64,000 nt of DNA from the human T2T-CHM13v2.0 reference genome, Homo sapiens: NCBI RefSeq assembly GCF_009914755.1, contig NC_060931.1; one strand, 5' to 3'. Of the stretch, positions 30,116 through 43,530 are shown in pieces. How positions within the stretch are numbered: position 1 is the first letter of the stretch; every line of letters starts with the position of its first letter. A program made the translations under genes and the position numbers. The notes under the pieces were generated by a model that was not told the DNA's origin, made no database searches, and saw nothing but the letters and a program-made list of their open reading frames with translations.

Positions 30116-31279
30116 TCATTTCTTTTTTGATATGACATAATCACTCAATTTTTACAAGTTAATTTTCTAAGCAAGACAACTTCTTAAAAGCAAATTTAAG
30201 CTCAACTGAATTAATGTTGTTCATCTTACCTACTCTGGAAATGATTAAATGTAGCCTAACCCTCCTACTGTGGCAAAATTTAATATCCTTGGCTGTGCTA
30301 TCAACAAGGAGTACATTAATCCCAAATTACTATTACTTCATATACCTAGAGTTATATACTTGAATTAATCAGTTGGTATGTGCCACAATTGCTTTTTTCC
30401 TTCATCCACAGATGAAGGACAAACATGTTAGTTTGCACAAGTTAAGTGATACAAATCTTGCATCAGGTTTCCTAAGACTTTCTCATTATTTTACACATTT
30501 TAACAAAAAGTAACAGGCTTCTTTTATTCCAAGCACTTGTCATTACTATGCAAACTGATGAAAAAAAAAAGATTGTCAGTTTTCTGATAAATAGACTGAT
30601 CAACAGAATGTAAGAGTTACTTTTCATGTCCACTTTAACAGGCAAACCACCATTCAGGATGTGTTGAGTGGTTTGATGCTCTCATTACTTCATTCTTCTT
30701 TGAGATTTATTTTCATCTAGTGATCGAACTAGAGAGGTTGCTTGAATAAAGCAGATCAATTTTAGACATGATACATGGGAGAACACTCCAGTTCTAGAGA
30801 CCACCAATCCAGCCTTTATTTTACCACACTGCAATCAAAATGACCCTTATTTTGCTTTCATCAAAGCTTTTAAATAGTTTACACAACTACAACATGTGCT
30901 ATGTGGATCATGTATTTTTAAATGCTGTTATCACAAGGTGAAACTATAATTTGCCAATTGGCTCTCCACTCTCATTTCTACTATCTTTTTCCTTTTCATC
31001 TCTCTAACATTTTTGATATTTAGTGTTTAATCTCTTTTCACATGTTTTTTCTTTTCATTTAGGGAGAGCTTTGGAAGTTTGTCCTCTACATCACTGAGTT
31101 GATTCTCCGCAGTGTTGTCTGTTATTCTATTCATGGAAATTTAAGCCTGTTGTTTATTTGTATGGTGGTCTGGCTTATTGAGGCTTGGTCTATTTCACTT
31201 CAGACTGCTTCTCAGTCTGCTTTCTCATTTTGATAGGAAGTATTATGAAATAAGTTTTAAATACTTTAAACTTTTGAGA

Positions 31280-31500
31280 CTGAGTGCACGGACTTAAATT
31301 CTAGCTATGCCACTTACATTATTTTTCCTCTTAACCAAATTATTAAATTTCTGAAAGCTTTGGCTTTCTCATCTTTACAATGGATATGCTACTAGTATTT
31401 ATCCAAGGGCTGTTATAAACATTAAATGAGATCATCCACCTATTATACTTAGCATAGTGTCTGACACATAATAGCAATACAAAAAAAGATTGCCATGAAT
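31280..31500 (+). mobile_element. MIR SINE
   Basis: TTAAATTCTAGCTATGCCACTTAC; TTTCTCATCTTTACAATGG; CTTAGCATAGTGTCTGACACATAATA. Confidence 0.7.
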
Positions 31501-32466
31501 ACAAATAAACCTCCATCCTCATCTCGTAGAGCAAATGTCTTTTTTAACCTCACTGTAAAAAATACAATGGACATTTCCTAAAATGCTCTGCCATTTCCTG
31601 TAATGAATAATTTTGTGAGCTTTGCAATTTTTTTCAGGTCTTTAAGATACTATTTCTCTCCCTTTTTATTATGTCTACATTGCCTTTCCCCATCCTCTCT
31701 CATCCTTAAATGATGAATACACTTTTTGAAACTCTGAGATATACTATAGTTATTTTCTTCCAGCTATAGAAAAAAAGTATACCTATTCACTTCTCCTTAT
31801 AAGATTGTTAAAGGATTTTCTATTGTACATGTGTACAAGTTCATTTCTTTAGGATGTTAGGAGGACTATTAAGAATTCACTATTAGCCTGCCTCTGTTAG
31901 ATTAATCTAGAAATAATTTCCATGATTACCAAAGTGCCTTAAGTTTACCTTCAGAGAATCTGAGTATTCCTTTTTTAAAAAATACTAATACGAATGCTTT
32001 CCACTACAGTGAAGTTACAGGAAATTATATTCATATTTCCAATAAGCTATATCAGTGAAATCAAATGAGTTTGTCAAAACTGTGCTGATCAAATAAAATC
32101 TTCCTTTGATATTATACTGGTTGATCATTCCTAATCTGAAAATTCGAAATCCAAAAGGTTCCAAAATCTGAAAAATTTCAAGCAAGAACATTATGCCACA
32201 AGTGGAAAGTCTGGCATCTGCCCTCAAGGGACAGGTTACAACAAAGGTCCACAACACAGTTTATTCCGCATCCCCTAAGGAAAAAAAGATCCTCCCAGGC
32301 TCATTCATTTGGTGATGCCACTGTGCTGCTTAGTTACCCTGAATACATTATCTTTTCACTGTATTTATGGCATGTCATGTTTTTCACCATTAGGAACTTA
32401 TGTGTCGGTACGTTTAAGAAAATAATTGCTTATATACTATCCTGATAGATACTTATTTATCCTGAT

Positions 32467-32828
32467 TGTATTAGCCTGTTCTCACACTGTTAATAAAGAT
32501 ATACCCCAAACTGGGTAATTTACAAAGGAAAGAGGTTTAATTGACTCACAGTTCAGCATGGCTTGGGAGGCCTCAGGAAACTTATAATCATGGCAGAAGG
32601 GGAAGCCAACACGTCCTTTTTCACGTGGCAGTGCGAGAGAGAAGTGTCAAACAAAGCGGAGGGAAAGCCCCTTACAAAACCATCAGATCTCGTGAGAACT
32701 CACTATCAGAAGAACAGCATGAGGGTAACCACCCCATGATTCAATTACCTCCCACTGGGTCACTCCCACAATTACGGGAACTACAATTCAAGATGAAATT
32801 TGGGTGGGAACACAGCCAAACCATATCA
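32467..32828 (-). mobile_element. THE1 (THE1C-like) MaLR solo LTR
   Basis: TGTATTAG...CAGCCAAACCATATCA; TSD CTGAT/CTGAC. Confidence 0.93.
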
Positions 32829-32985
32829 CTGACAGTATATAACTTTAACTTTACATACAATATACTTTTACCTTTATATACTATTTAGAGTCAGAAATGA
32901 TGGTGATAAACAATCACAGATTGTCCACGTGGGTGACTGAGAGTGACACCTTTGCTTTCTGATGGCTCACTGTACACAAACTTTG

Positions 32986-33273
32986 CTGCTGTTGTTGTTT
33001 TGAATCAGGGTCTCACTCTGTCACCCAGGCTGGAGTGTAGTGGCATGATCTTGGCTCAATGCAATCTCTGCCTTGCGGGCTCAAACAATCCTCCCACCTC
33101 AGCTTCCTGAGTAATTGGGACTACATGCCACATGCTCAGCTAATTTAAATTTTGTGTAGCGATAAGGTCTCACTGTATTACCCAAGCTGGTCTCGAACTC
33201 TTGGGCTCAAGCCATCCTCCTGCCTCGGCCTCCCAAAGTGCTGGGATTACTAGTGTGAGCCACCACATCTGTC
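32986..33273 (-). mobile_element. AluJ
   Basis: GGGCTCAAGCCATCCTCC J-type motif; TSD CACAAACTTTG at 32975-32985 and 33274-33284. Confidence 0.93.
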
Positions 33274-36200
33274 CACAAACTTTGTTTCATGCACAAAACT
33301 ATTTAAAATATTGTATGAAATTACCTTCAGGCTATGTATGTAAGGTGTATATAAGACAAATAAATTCCATGTTTAGATGTGGGTTCCATCCTTAAGACAT
33401 CGCATTATGTATATGCAGATATTCTAAAATACAAAAAATTCCAAGATCTCAAATACTTCTAGGCCCAAGCATTCAGGATAAGGTGTACTCAACCTGCTTA
33501 TTGGGTTCATCCTTGCATTTGAAGTCTTATTTTGTATTTTCCTACTTTACTTGGCAATTGTGTAACAAGGTTCCTCATATAACATTAAGTCAGTATCTTG
33601 TGGCTTGTTTTTATAATCATATATAACACTTTGGCATCTATTTGTGAAATTTCTTGTCTTTAGTTTGAAAGTCAAAAGACCCTCCAACCATAAAAAGTGA
33701 GTACCAAGAAACTTTCAAAACTTAAAAAATATCCACATAACTTTTATATCAAAATAAAATTCAGAAAATTAGGCCACATGGAAACAAAATAATGTAAGTC
33801 CCCCATTTGAGAAGAGAAACTATGAAATAAAAACCATGAATTTCTCTCTAAGCAAGAAATTAATTTTAGTTAAATAGAAATTATGAAGCAAATCACTTGG
33901 ACCTAAAATTATTTTATTTATCTACTGTGCTATAAATTGTTTTCTCATACTGAGAAAAAGCCAAGCAATCAGTAATTTGTATGACCCGCCAAGCTAAGCA
34001 AATAACAGATTTATTTTGCTATGTAATGAGGTTGATAGAACAGTTTCAAGTCAGATTACATTTGACTATGCTCTGTTTCTATTACATTTGCCACTTAATG
34101 GTAGGAGATAGAGATTCTCCTCTTGATAGACTGTTTTCCTCTCCAATCTGTGTTTGCCCATTGGAATTGTTATGAAACATGTTGTGGATGTTTGTGAAAA
34201 GCATGGTCAGTGTAGGAGATAGTTCACATACTATGCTTATTAATCAATTCAGATAAGACTCAAATTAAAATGAATTTGGAAGCTTCTTGTTTATCTTCTT
34301 CCTAAAACTAAGTTCTTTATTTTTCAGCTCCACAAAAACCTTAAGAAAATATGTGGTGTTTGAGAGAGAGGCTCAACCTGCTAACTCTCATCTTTTAAGG
34401 TTTTAGTAAAAGTCCATCTGACAGTGTTTAAACCTGAAACATAATTTAAAACTTTGTTTCTTCTAGTCAATTCTTCTCAACCACTTTGAACAAATCAGTA
34501 TACCTACCATATATATTGGCAATTTTCTGTTTGATCAAAGATTGAAGATATCTGACTGTTAGGATATATATTGCTTGTGATGGAATAAACAAAAAACATG
34601 ATTATGAATTGAGTTGAATTTACCCTAAAGTCATATCACCAAATTGAGGTTTATCATTTCTCATCGTGACACTTTTCAACAGTTCTCTGACACCTTTGTA
34701 TAGATTCAACTTCTCTTAAATACACTCTGTCAAATGGGCATAATTTTTACTTAAGCAAATGGAAAAAATACTTAAAAGTAATATATTAAATTTAAATAAA
34801 TTTAGTATAGTAAGTGTGTTACATTTACATATAAATATATGAAAGTATATTATAAATAAAATATTAAATTTTAATATAAATATCTAAAAAGTAATCCATG
34901 AAGTCTACAATATATTTTGTTTCTATAACATTGAAATGTGGAGACTGATAAAAATCCATGTTGTCATTTCTTCAGTTTTTCCATTATAAAAATTTTACAG
35001 TAAGAAAGACTGAACATTAATTATAAATTAGAATATAAAATCAAAGGTTAAATCTATTTTCACCTAACGATATCAATATCTGGGGCCTTCATTAGTATGT
35101 TCACTATATAAACATCTGGTTGGTTTGATCAGACTCTGTGATTTTGATTGTAAACAAGATTCCAGGAGGTGAATTATTACACTGGGTACATTTGGCATGG
35201 GGTTGGGAAAATTTGAGAGATTTGGTTAATAAAATATTGTTTTGTTCAAAATGTGGAAAGGAAATGCAGATCATATTTGTAATAAAATGTAAGGTAGAGT
35301 ACATGTGGGACCACAGTTTTTAAATACATTTGATGATGATTTTCTTTCTTTTGCTCTTCAGAAGCCAAGGGATACATAATTCATGTTTGGAATCTTACGT
35401 AGGGTGTAGGAACACTAAGTTCACAGAAAAGGTGGTATTTGTGCTAAGAATTTCTCTAATCCAGGTTAGTTAATAGGAATCAAAACAAGCTCACCCTGCC
35501 TTTTTCCTTTTCTTTCTTCCTTTTCTTCCTTCCTTACTTTCCTCCTTCCTTCCTTCATAAACTTTACTTTTTTGGAAACTGGCCTTGGCCTCATACGGGT
35601 TAATAAAATGTCAATTTAAAAACAGCTATACTTGTTTATTCTCCCAAACACTTCCAGTTAAAAGGCTTTCTTATAATCACGTTTTCACTTTTCCTTAAAC
35701 CATACTAAATTTTATCATTTCCAATCCCCTGCAACCTTTGAGGAGAACTAACTTTTTGGAATTTCCCTAAGGTTTCAATGAGCAACAAATGTCTTCAGGA
35801 GAATATGATGCATCATATCTATTTAGGATGTGCCAGGATTCTCCTGCTGATGAATTCTCATAATTCTAGACAAAGTTAATAGAAGAAGGGAACTCCCCTT
35901 GAGAAAGGAATAAATGGTGGAGAGTGATCTGAACACAAATGGTACAGTTCAGTGCAATTATGTCTAGAGTTCTCTACTGGATATCAAGTACAACTGTCAT
36001 TTGGTATTTCAAAAACATTCACAGTACACATGGTTGGTCTAATGGGAAATACATTATTCATTTGCCAAAGTTTGATTACTATTTGAAATCATTTTCCACA
36101 AATCACTTATGTGAATTGTAGAAAAAGGTATGCAGGAGAGCAAGGTATACATGCCAGATTAATTTTCCATTAAAAATAATTTATGCTTCTCTTGTGACTT

Positions 36201-36599
36201 AAGTAATAACTTCTAAGAGCTATAATGTATAAAACATTACAAGCAAGAGTAAGGATTCCTAATACTTCTTGATTTACTTAATTGAAAGTTCTTTTTATCT
36301 TGTTTATAGTCACTAAATAGAATAATGTCTCATGTTACTTAACTTTGAAATGAGGATAATACTAGCACCTTCCTCACTGGTTAGTTATAAAGATTAAGTG
36401 ACTTAATACATGTGAAATAATTAGAACAATGATAGAGATTAGCCCCCCAATAAATAAAAGTTATAAAAATATTATCTGCTATGGTCATTAAAGCTGTTAA
36501 TAAATATTCCATTTCTTTCTTCTTTCCAGACAAGATGATTGCTCTTCCCCACCCCTTTCATGTGGGGTGATTAGATTTGGAGGTAGAAAGGAAGCATCT

Positions 36600-37030
36600 A
36601 TTATAAATTCCAGGAGCATTTATTGGATGACTAGGTAGATAAAACTGGTCAACAAAGAGCTGAAGAAATGATAAATTCAATTTTGGACACAGAGTGTTTG
36701 TGAGTATTTGTGAACAATTGGGTGGAATTGTCTGCTATGCAGTTGGTTAAATAAGTCTGGGGCTAGAGGCAGATTTGGAGTCACCAGTTTATAAGTGACT
36801 GTTGGAGTCATGGGTTAAAAGAATCACCCAAGAAGAGTTTGTGGAGAAATCTTGATGAGTAATGTATGAGGAATAATGTTGGAAGATTTTCAAAACTTGG
36901 GAGGTAACTAAGCAAGGGTGAGAAAGAAGACTGAAAAGGCATGGCCAAAGTTAGAAAGAAATGCAGAAGAAAGTGACATCATAGAAGTCAGTACAGAAAA
37001 TAAAGTTTAAAAAAAATCCCAGAGCCAAAG
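36600..37030 (-). mobile_element. L2 fragment
   Basis: AATTCAATTTTGGACA; AGATTTGGAGTCACCAG; AGAAGACTGAAAAGG motifs. Confidence 0.7.
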
Positions 37031-37681
37031 AAAATATTGAGTTACTGCCTAGGAAAATAGTAGCTTTCAATGAATATGTATAGTGTTCAATTTATTCTTG
37101 CAAAAGTTTATATTTCTTAATTTCATCTGTAAGAAGACAGTGTCTGTTTTGAATATGTTACCATTTAAAGTGCATAACCCCCTGGCTGGATTACAATTCC
37201 AAGTTGTATCTAGTTGTAGAAGCAGACTGTAACACAAGTAAGAGGGTTAAAGAAAGAAATTAATATTAATGGTGCAGGTTTTGTGGCAAACATTTTGAGA
37301 TTGAACGTGTGAAGTTTCAGAATTTCTCATCTGCTATCTAAAGAGGCTAAATCATTTTGCGTTGAATGGATACAGATACAGTTTTTCATCTTCATAACTC
37401 TGACTGTAAAGATAATATGACTGTTCTAGATACAACAGTGGTTGTCCATGAACCAATGCTCCAAAAAGCACTTCCCTATAGATATGAATCACAAGCCAAT
37501 TGCTTCAAATATGAGGAGTGTGGTAAAACAAATGCATAAACTCTGCATTTCTGATGCTATTTTTAAAAGTAATTTATCACTTGTGTTTTGTTACCTGAAA
37601 CTTAGTTTATATACCATGCCACCATGGGTTTATTGATTTGGTCTTTTTCTCACATTAAATGGAATATGTGATATTCAAGAT

Positions 37682-37686
37682 ACACA

Positions 37687-37717
<31 letters not shown>
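37682..37717. repeat. (CA)n microsatellite
   Basis: About 17 CA units with one TA interruption. Confidence 0.95.
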
Positions 37718-37771
37718 TTTTCTTCAATGAACAGCTTAGAACTAGAGGAACAAAATTAGTTAATTAAAGAA

Positions 37772-38908
37772 TACCATATGTAAAAATCAACTCAAGTTAG
37801 ATTAAAGGCTTAAATGTAAAACCTGAAACTATCAAAACCCTGGAAGATAACCTAGGAAATACCACTGTGGACATAGGCCCTGGCAAAGATTTCACGACAA
37901 AGATGCCAAAAGCAATTGCAACAGAAACAAAAATTGACAAATAGGACCTAATTAAACTAAAGAGCTTCTGCATATCAGATCCATCAACAGAGTAAACAGA
38001 CAACCTACAGAATGGGAGAAATATGTGCAAACTATGTATCTGACAAAGGTCTAATATTCAAAATCTATAAGGAACTTAAACAAATTACAACAAAAAACCA
38101 AGCAACCCCATTAAAAAGTGAGCAAAAAACAGGAACAGACACTTTCCAAAAGGAGATATACATGTGGCCAAGAAGCATATGAAAAAATGCGCAACATCAC
38201 TAATCATTAGAGAAATGCAGATCAAAATCACAGTATGATACCATCTCACACCAGTCAGGATGACTATTATAAAGCAGTAAAAAAATAACACGCTAGTGAA
38301 GTTGTGGAGAAAAGGGAACACTTACACACTGTTGGTACAAGGGTAAAATAGTTCAAGCATTGTGGAAAGCAGTTTGAAGATTTCTCAAAAAACTTAAAAT
38401 GGAACTGCCATTCCACCCAGCAATCCCGTTATTGGGTAAATACACAAAGGTATAGAGACACATGCATGCACATGTTCATCACAGCACTATTCACAACAGC
38501 AAGGAAATTGAGTCAACCTAAATGCCCATTAACAGTAAACTGGATAAGGAAAAGTTAGTATATATACACCGTGGAATACTATGCAGCCATGAAAAACAAG
38601 AAGATCATGTCTTGGCTGCAACATGGAAGGAGCAGGAGGCCATTATTCTTTTTTTTTTTCCTTTTTTTTTTTTTTTTTTCTGAAACGGAGTTTTACTCTG
38701 TTGCCCAGGCTGGAGTGCAATGGCATGACCTTGGCTCACTGCAACCTCTGAGGAGGCCATTATTCTAAGTGAACAAATACAGGAACAGAAAAACAAATAC
38801 TGCAGGTTCTCACTTGTAAGGGGGAGCTAAACACTGAGTACATGTGGACAGAAAGAAGGGAACAACAGACACTGGGGCCTACTTGAGGGTAGAGGGTGAG
38901 CGGAGGGT
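37772..38908 (+). mobile_element. Older primate L1 (L1PA15/16-like) ORF2 end and partial 3'UTR, truncated at both ends
   Basis: AAAATCAACTCAAG..AAAACCCTGGAAGATAACCTAGG; ends in GGGGCCTACTTGAGGGT with no tail. Confidence 0.9.
38650..38750 (-). mobile_element. Severely 5'-truncated Alu (~70 bp plus tail) inside the L1
   Basis: Perfect 16-bp TSD AGGAGGCCATTATTCT at 38634-38649 and 38751-38766; TTCT/AA site. Confidence 0.95.
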
Positions 38909-39368
38909 ATATTTACACCACAGAAATTGGCAAACACTGTAAATTGGAGTTTCCTTTCCTTTTTGGGGGAAGAACTGGTTTACCAGTTAATATAGTTTGG
39001 CTCTGTGTTCCCATCCAAATCTTATCTTGAATTGTAATCCCCACATATCAATGGAGGGACCTGATGGGAGATGATTGGATCATGAGGGTGGTCCCCCATT
39101 GCTGTTCTCATGATAGTGAGTGAGTTCTCACAAGATCTGATGGTTTATAAGGGGCTCTTCCCCCTTCACTCTCTCTTCTCTCTCCTGCTGCCATTTGAAG
39201 AAGGTCCTTGTTTCCTCTTTGCCTTGTGCCATGGTTGTAATTTTCCTGAGGCTTCCCCAGCCATGTGGAACTGTGAGTCAAGTAAACCTCTTTCCTTTAT
39301 AAATTACCCAGTCTCAGGTATTTCTTTATAGCAGTGTGAAAATTGACTAATATACCAGTGCACCACTG
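38909..39368. mobile_element. MER63A-like hAT fragment split by a THE1 LTR
   Basis: TATTTACACCACAGAAATTGGCAAACAC...GGTTTACCAG[LTR]CCAGTGCACCACTG terminus. Confidence 0.7.
38988..39354 (+). mobile_element. THE1D/MSTA-like MaLR solo LTR
   Basis: Perfect TSD CCAGT at 38983-38987 and 39355-39359; GAACTGTGAGTCAA..AAATTACCCAGTCTCAGGTAT. Confidence 0.93.
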
Positions 39369-40011
39369 CTTTTAATTCCAGGGTAAATCTAAAGCCAGAT
39401 AACCACTGATTTTCTCCTTATTAAATGTATATAAGGACTGCTCAAGTGATGCTGACAAACTTTCCTTCAGTGGACTGAGAAGAAGCTGATTCCAGTGGAC
39501 TGTGAAGAAGCTGATTCTCATTTTGTTTGCAAACCTGGTGTTTGGGTACATCGTTTTGTGTCATGTAGGCGAATATTTTCTGGGAGAACTGTGAAAGAAA
39601 CTAGAAACAGATAATTTTATATTTTTCCTATGAAAAAATAGCTGACTGGATTAACGTCCTTTTGACTAAACATTTCCAGGCAACAAAGAGTGACTGGAAA
39701 TGAACTTTTCTAAAGCAAATTCTTATAAAGATGCCTTAAACTGTTTGTTCCTAGTTTTTAACAAATGACAGTTTCCTGCTTCCATTGTCTTTGACAAATA
39801 CACTGCCAATCACAGCAAGACTGTCCATCAATTTTCTCAAATGGGCAACAAGCACAACTAGCTGAGTTCTAGTGGAAACTTACCATAGAGTAGCTATGTG
39901 ATGTTGAAAACTTAAAGTTTCTAGTTTTTATATTAAATGGAGTAAATGGTATCTCAAGCATCATGCCCATTTATCAAAAATTAATATTCTGGTTAGGAGT
40001 CATTTAGTAAA

Positions 40012-40364
40012 TGATATGGTTTGGCTGTGTCCCCCCCCAAATCTCAACTTTAATTGTATCTCCCAGAATTCCCATGTGTTATGGGAGGGATCTGGGGGAG
40101 GTAACTGAATTATGGAGGCAGGTCTTTCCTGTGCTATTCTTGTGATAGTGAGTAAGTCTCATGAGATCCGAAAAGTTTATCAGGGGTTTCTGTTTTTGCT
40201 TCTTCCTCATTTTCTCTTGCCACCATCATATAAGAAGTGCCTTTCACCCCCCGCCATGATTCCGAGACCTTCCCAGCTATGTGCAACTGTAAGTCCAATT
40301 AAACCTCTTTTTGTTCCCAGTTTCGGTTATGTCTTTATCAGCAGTGTGAAAACAGACTAATACA
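40012..40364 (+). mobile_element. THE1A MaLR solo LTR
   Basis: TGATATGGTTTGGCTGTGTCCCC...AAACAGACTAATACA; TTATCAGGGGTTTC THE1A motif; TSD GTAAA/GTGAA. Confidence 0.93.
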
Positions 40365-42829
40365 GTGAACTATATGAGAAACTTAGTACTTTCAAGTCAC
40401 ATTAAGAAATTTAAATTTTTATAAATACACACAAAACCAATATATTTGTATCTATACTGAATAAATAACCCCTGTCCTTACATAATTTATATTAACTTTG
40501 GGAAGCAAAATTAATGAACACAAAACAATTAGCCAACAGTGTAATCCAATCACATTTAAATTATCGACTCCTATATTCAAACTGGAGATCTGTCTAAGAG
40601 GGAAATGTGGAGGACAGAAGATAGCTTGGCAAAGGTAGTGAAACTGCAGCCAGCCCTGAAACTATGCATAGGACTGTTTTTGGTTTTTGTTTTTCTCCTT
40701 TGAAGGTCTAGGGTAGGGCATTAGAAATGGGAAAATAGCAGTAAGGGAAAAAAAAGAACACCGTGTGAATACAACAGACTCAGGTCAACAGGACTGTGAG
40801 TCAACAGGCCTTGGTGTGGAGGTACCCTGGAGAGCAATGGGAATGACTTGGCCCTCCAGAAGTACATTTCAGCCTCCTTTGTACTGAATTCTCACTTCTA
40901 GCTCTGGAATCTACATTGTGAAACTATCAAAGAAACTAACAACTACTAAAACCCCCACCTGTATCTGAATGCAGCTGGGTTTACCTCAAGAGCCACACCC
41001 TTAACTTAATTAGGGGAATAGGAACCTAAATGTTTTGAGGACTGTTAGTGAATAAGATATCAATATTAAAGAATAAATTAGCAAAGAATAAAAGAACCAC
41101 CCATTAGACCAAGGGAAGGGAAAAAAATGAAGAAAGGATGATGGCAGATAGTTTTTAAAAATTATATACCAAATCACTGAGGTTTTCTAAAATTTAACAT
41201 TTAATTGGTGATGTGTTATTAACAAAAATTCCTTAAAATATGCTTGAAAGGTGAATCTGTGACTATACTTATTGGATATGCCTAAATATGATTTTTAGTG
41301 TAATTATAACTTCTGACTCTAAAACATTGCTAAGTTGTGCCAGACACTACTTGAAACTTCACACTTAACACTCATTCTAAAAGTAACAATAATACCTATA
41401 GGCACTGATTCCCAAATAAACGTTATTATTTCTCTACTTAGAAATTCTTATGATTCAAATACAAATAGTTTAACAGATTGTATTTTATGTGTATGTGTTT
41501 GTATGACAAAAGCAACTACACTTAAATGTGCAAAAACTCTACTCTGGGTGATTTGCATTCTTATATCTCATTATAGAGTTTCCTATTTGAATTTCCATCT
41601 GGTCCCTAATATCTTTTTGTGTTTATTGCTTTAATGAGATAATCTTGTTTTACATACCTAGATTTCATTACTATTTGGCAAAAACATTCTCTACCCTGAT
41701 TTTACTCTCATAAATACCTTAGCCTTAACCTTGGGGCTTAGTGCAGTCTGGTATGAGATACTTCTAAAATAGTAAAATGGAAAGAAAAAGCATTCAAAGT
41801 AAAATGTAAGTAAAGGTTAGTCCTTTATCTCTTAAAATCATAACAGATAGACTGTTTCCCTTTATAAGATTAATCTATATCCACCCATATAATGCCTCAT
41901 TGAAGATTTACCATGATAAAGTAATATATTGGTATATCTTACATTAAAGCAGAATTTGGAAGAATTAAACAGATTCCATGAAGATTTTCCACTGATGGGG
42001 ACTGACAAGGCTTAAAGTTGATAATTCAGTTCTTATTTAACAGTCATAAATGTTATCTTCAATCTGTGCTATCAACTAAAATTTTCTTCATTCGAATGCA
42101 TTCATATTCATGCAGCTTCCTTTGAAAAGACTGAAAACCATTCCTAAAACTCAGACAGGAAGAGCTCAATGAAAAGAAATTATGACCTATATCCACTTTA
42201 AGATTTATTCAACTGATAAGCTCACTTCACTATAGGTTTAGGTTGCCAATAAAATTCTCTCTAATTTTGAAGCCATCATCTTTCAAGAAGAATTCAGAGC
42301 CTTTTCTGATTTCTCAGCATGACAGAGTAAATTGGCAAAGCACAGTAAATGATAAGGTATTTACTTATTTGTTTATATTAGTGAACACACAGTGTTTATT
42401 GTATCCCAGGCATTCTTCTAAGTATTTTACACATGTTAATTCATTTCATTCTAGATATCATATAGTCCCCTTGGGACTTAATGGGAGAATATGTTTCAAA
42501 AAAGAAGTGTAATGAAGTGTCTGTAAATACAAGCTCTCTATATTTTGCTAAGTGCATCTTTAATAACACTAACAATAACTGCTACTTATTGAATGCCTCC
42601 TAAGTGGTAAGCTCACCCTCACATCAACCCTTTAAGATAGGTATCAATAACTCCATTTCATGAATGAGTAACCCCTAAGTCTCATAAATAGTAATTATCA
42701 GAGGCAAATGTCAAGGATTCCAAACACTTTGACTCTAATACTCATTTTTTTAAAGTACCTTATAAGACATTTTTCTCTTCTTAGTTCCAATATTCTACTT
42801 TTCTTAATATTACTCAGTCAAACTCCTTC

Positions 42830-43530
42830 ATATAATAAATACCCTTCCAATCTGTCTCCTTCTCTCCATCCCCGCTATTAGCCCACTAGCTATGCTCTCA
42901 TCATGCCTCACTTGTACTTCTGCAAAAGATTCTTAACTCTCCCTCTTTCAGTCCACTCTCCACACTTCCAATGAATTGATCTATAGAAAACATAAATCTG
43001 ATTATATTACTACCTGTTTAAAATGCCTCACTGCTTTCAAAATAAAATCTGACGTCTTAACTATGTCATACAAAGCCTCTAATGAGATAGAGCTCATGGC
43101 CAGTGCAGCTTCATTTCTCCCAACAATACCCCAGGCCTCCCTGTCCCCACCTGCAACATACACACCCCCACCCCCCCTCCACACACACCTCCCTCATGCT
43201 TCAACTAGATAAACTGTTATTTTGCTTCCTCTGTGCCTCTGCAAATTATCATCTCTCTACGGAAATGCCCTTTATCTCCTTCTTTTCTAAGCTTCTACTT
43301 ATCCCTCAATACTTACCTGTGATTTCATCTTTGGTAGGAAGCTTTCTTAGACATCTCTGGCCTAGGTCAGTTGTCTGGCCTGTGTTTCACCGTTAGAGCA
43401 TTCATCATACTTTTCCCATGTCTGTGGCCATCACTTCAGTTCACGTTTATTTTGTGACTATACTGAGCACCATATAAGCTAGAACACACAGTACAAATTA
43501 CATTTACTATCCCAGTCCTCAATGAGTTTC
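42830..43530 (+). mobile_element. L2 fragment
   Basis: CTCCTTCTCTCCATCCCC; AAACATAAATCTGATTAT; ATAAAATCTGACGTCTTAAC L2 motifs. Confidence 0.7.

Larger units (their letters stand above)
32117..33496. mobile_element. Tigger4 (Zombi/MER46) internally deleted element hosting a THE1 LTR and an AluJ
   Basis: Termini CTGGTTGATCATTCCTAATC and GATAAGGTGTACTCAACCTG; TA before the left end; CCACAAGTGGAAA motif. Confidence 0.85.

Noticed and set aside
38988-40364. THE1 provirus with two LTRs
   Set aside because: Different subfamilies, each with its own TSD; the spacer is not MaLR internal sequence.
40600-41030. Possible ancient LTR
   Set aside because: No termini, TSD or confidently recalled family match.
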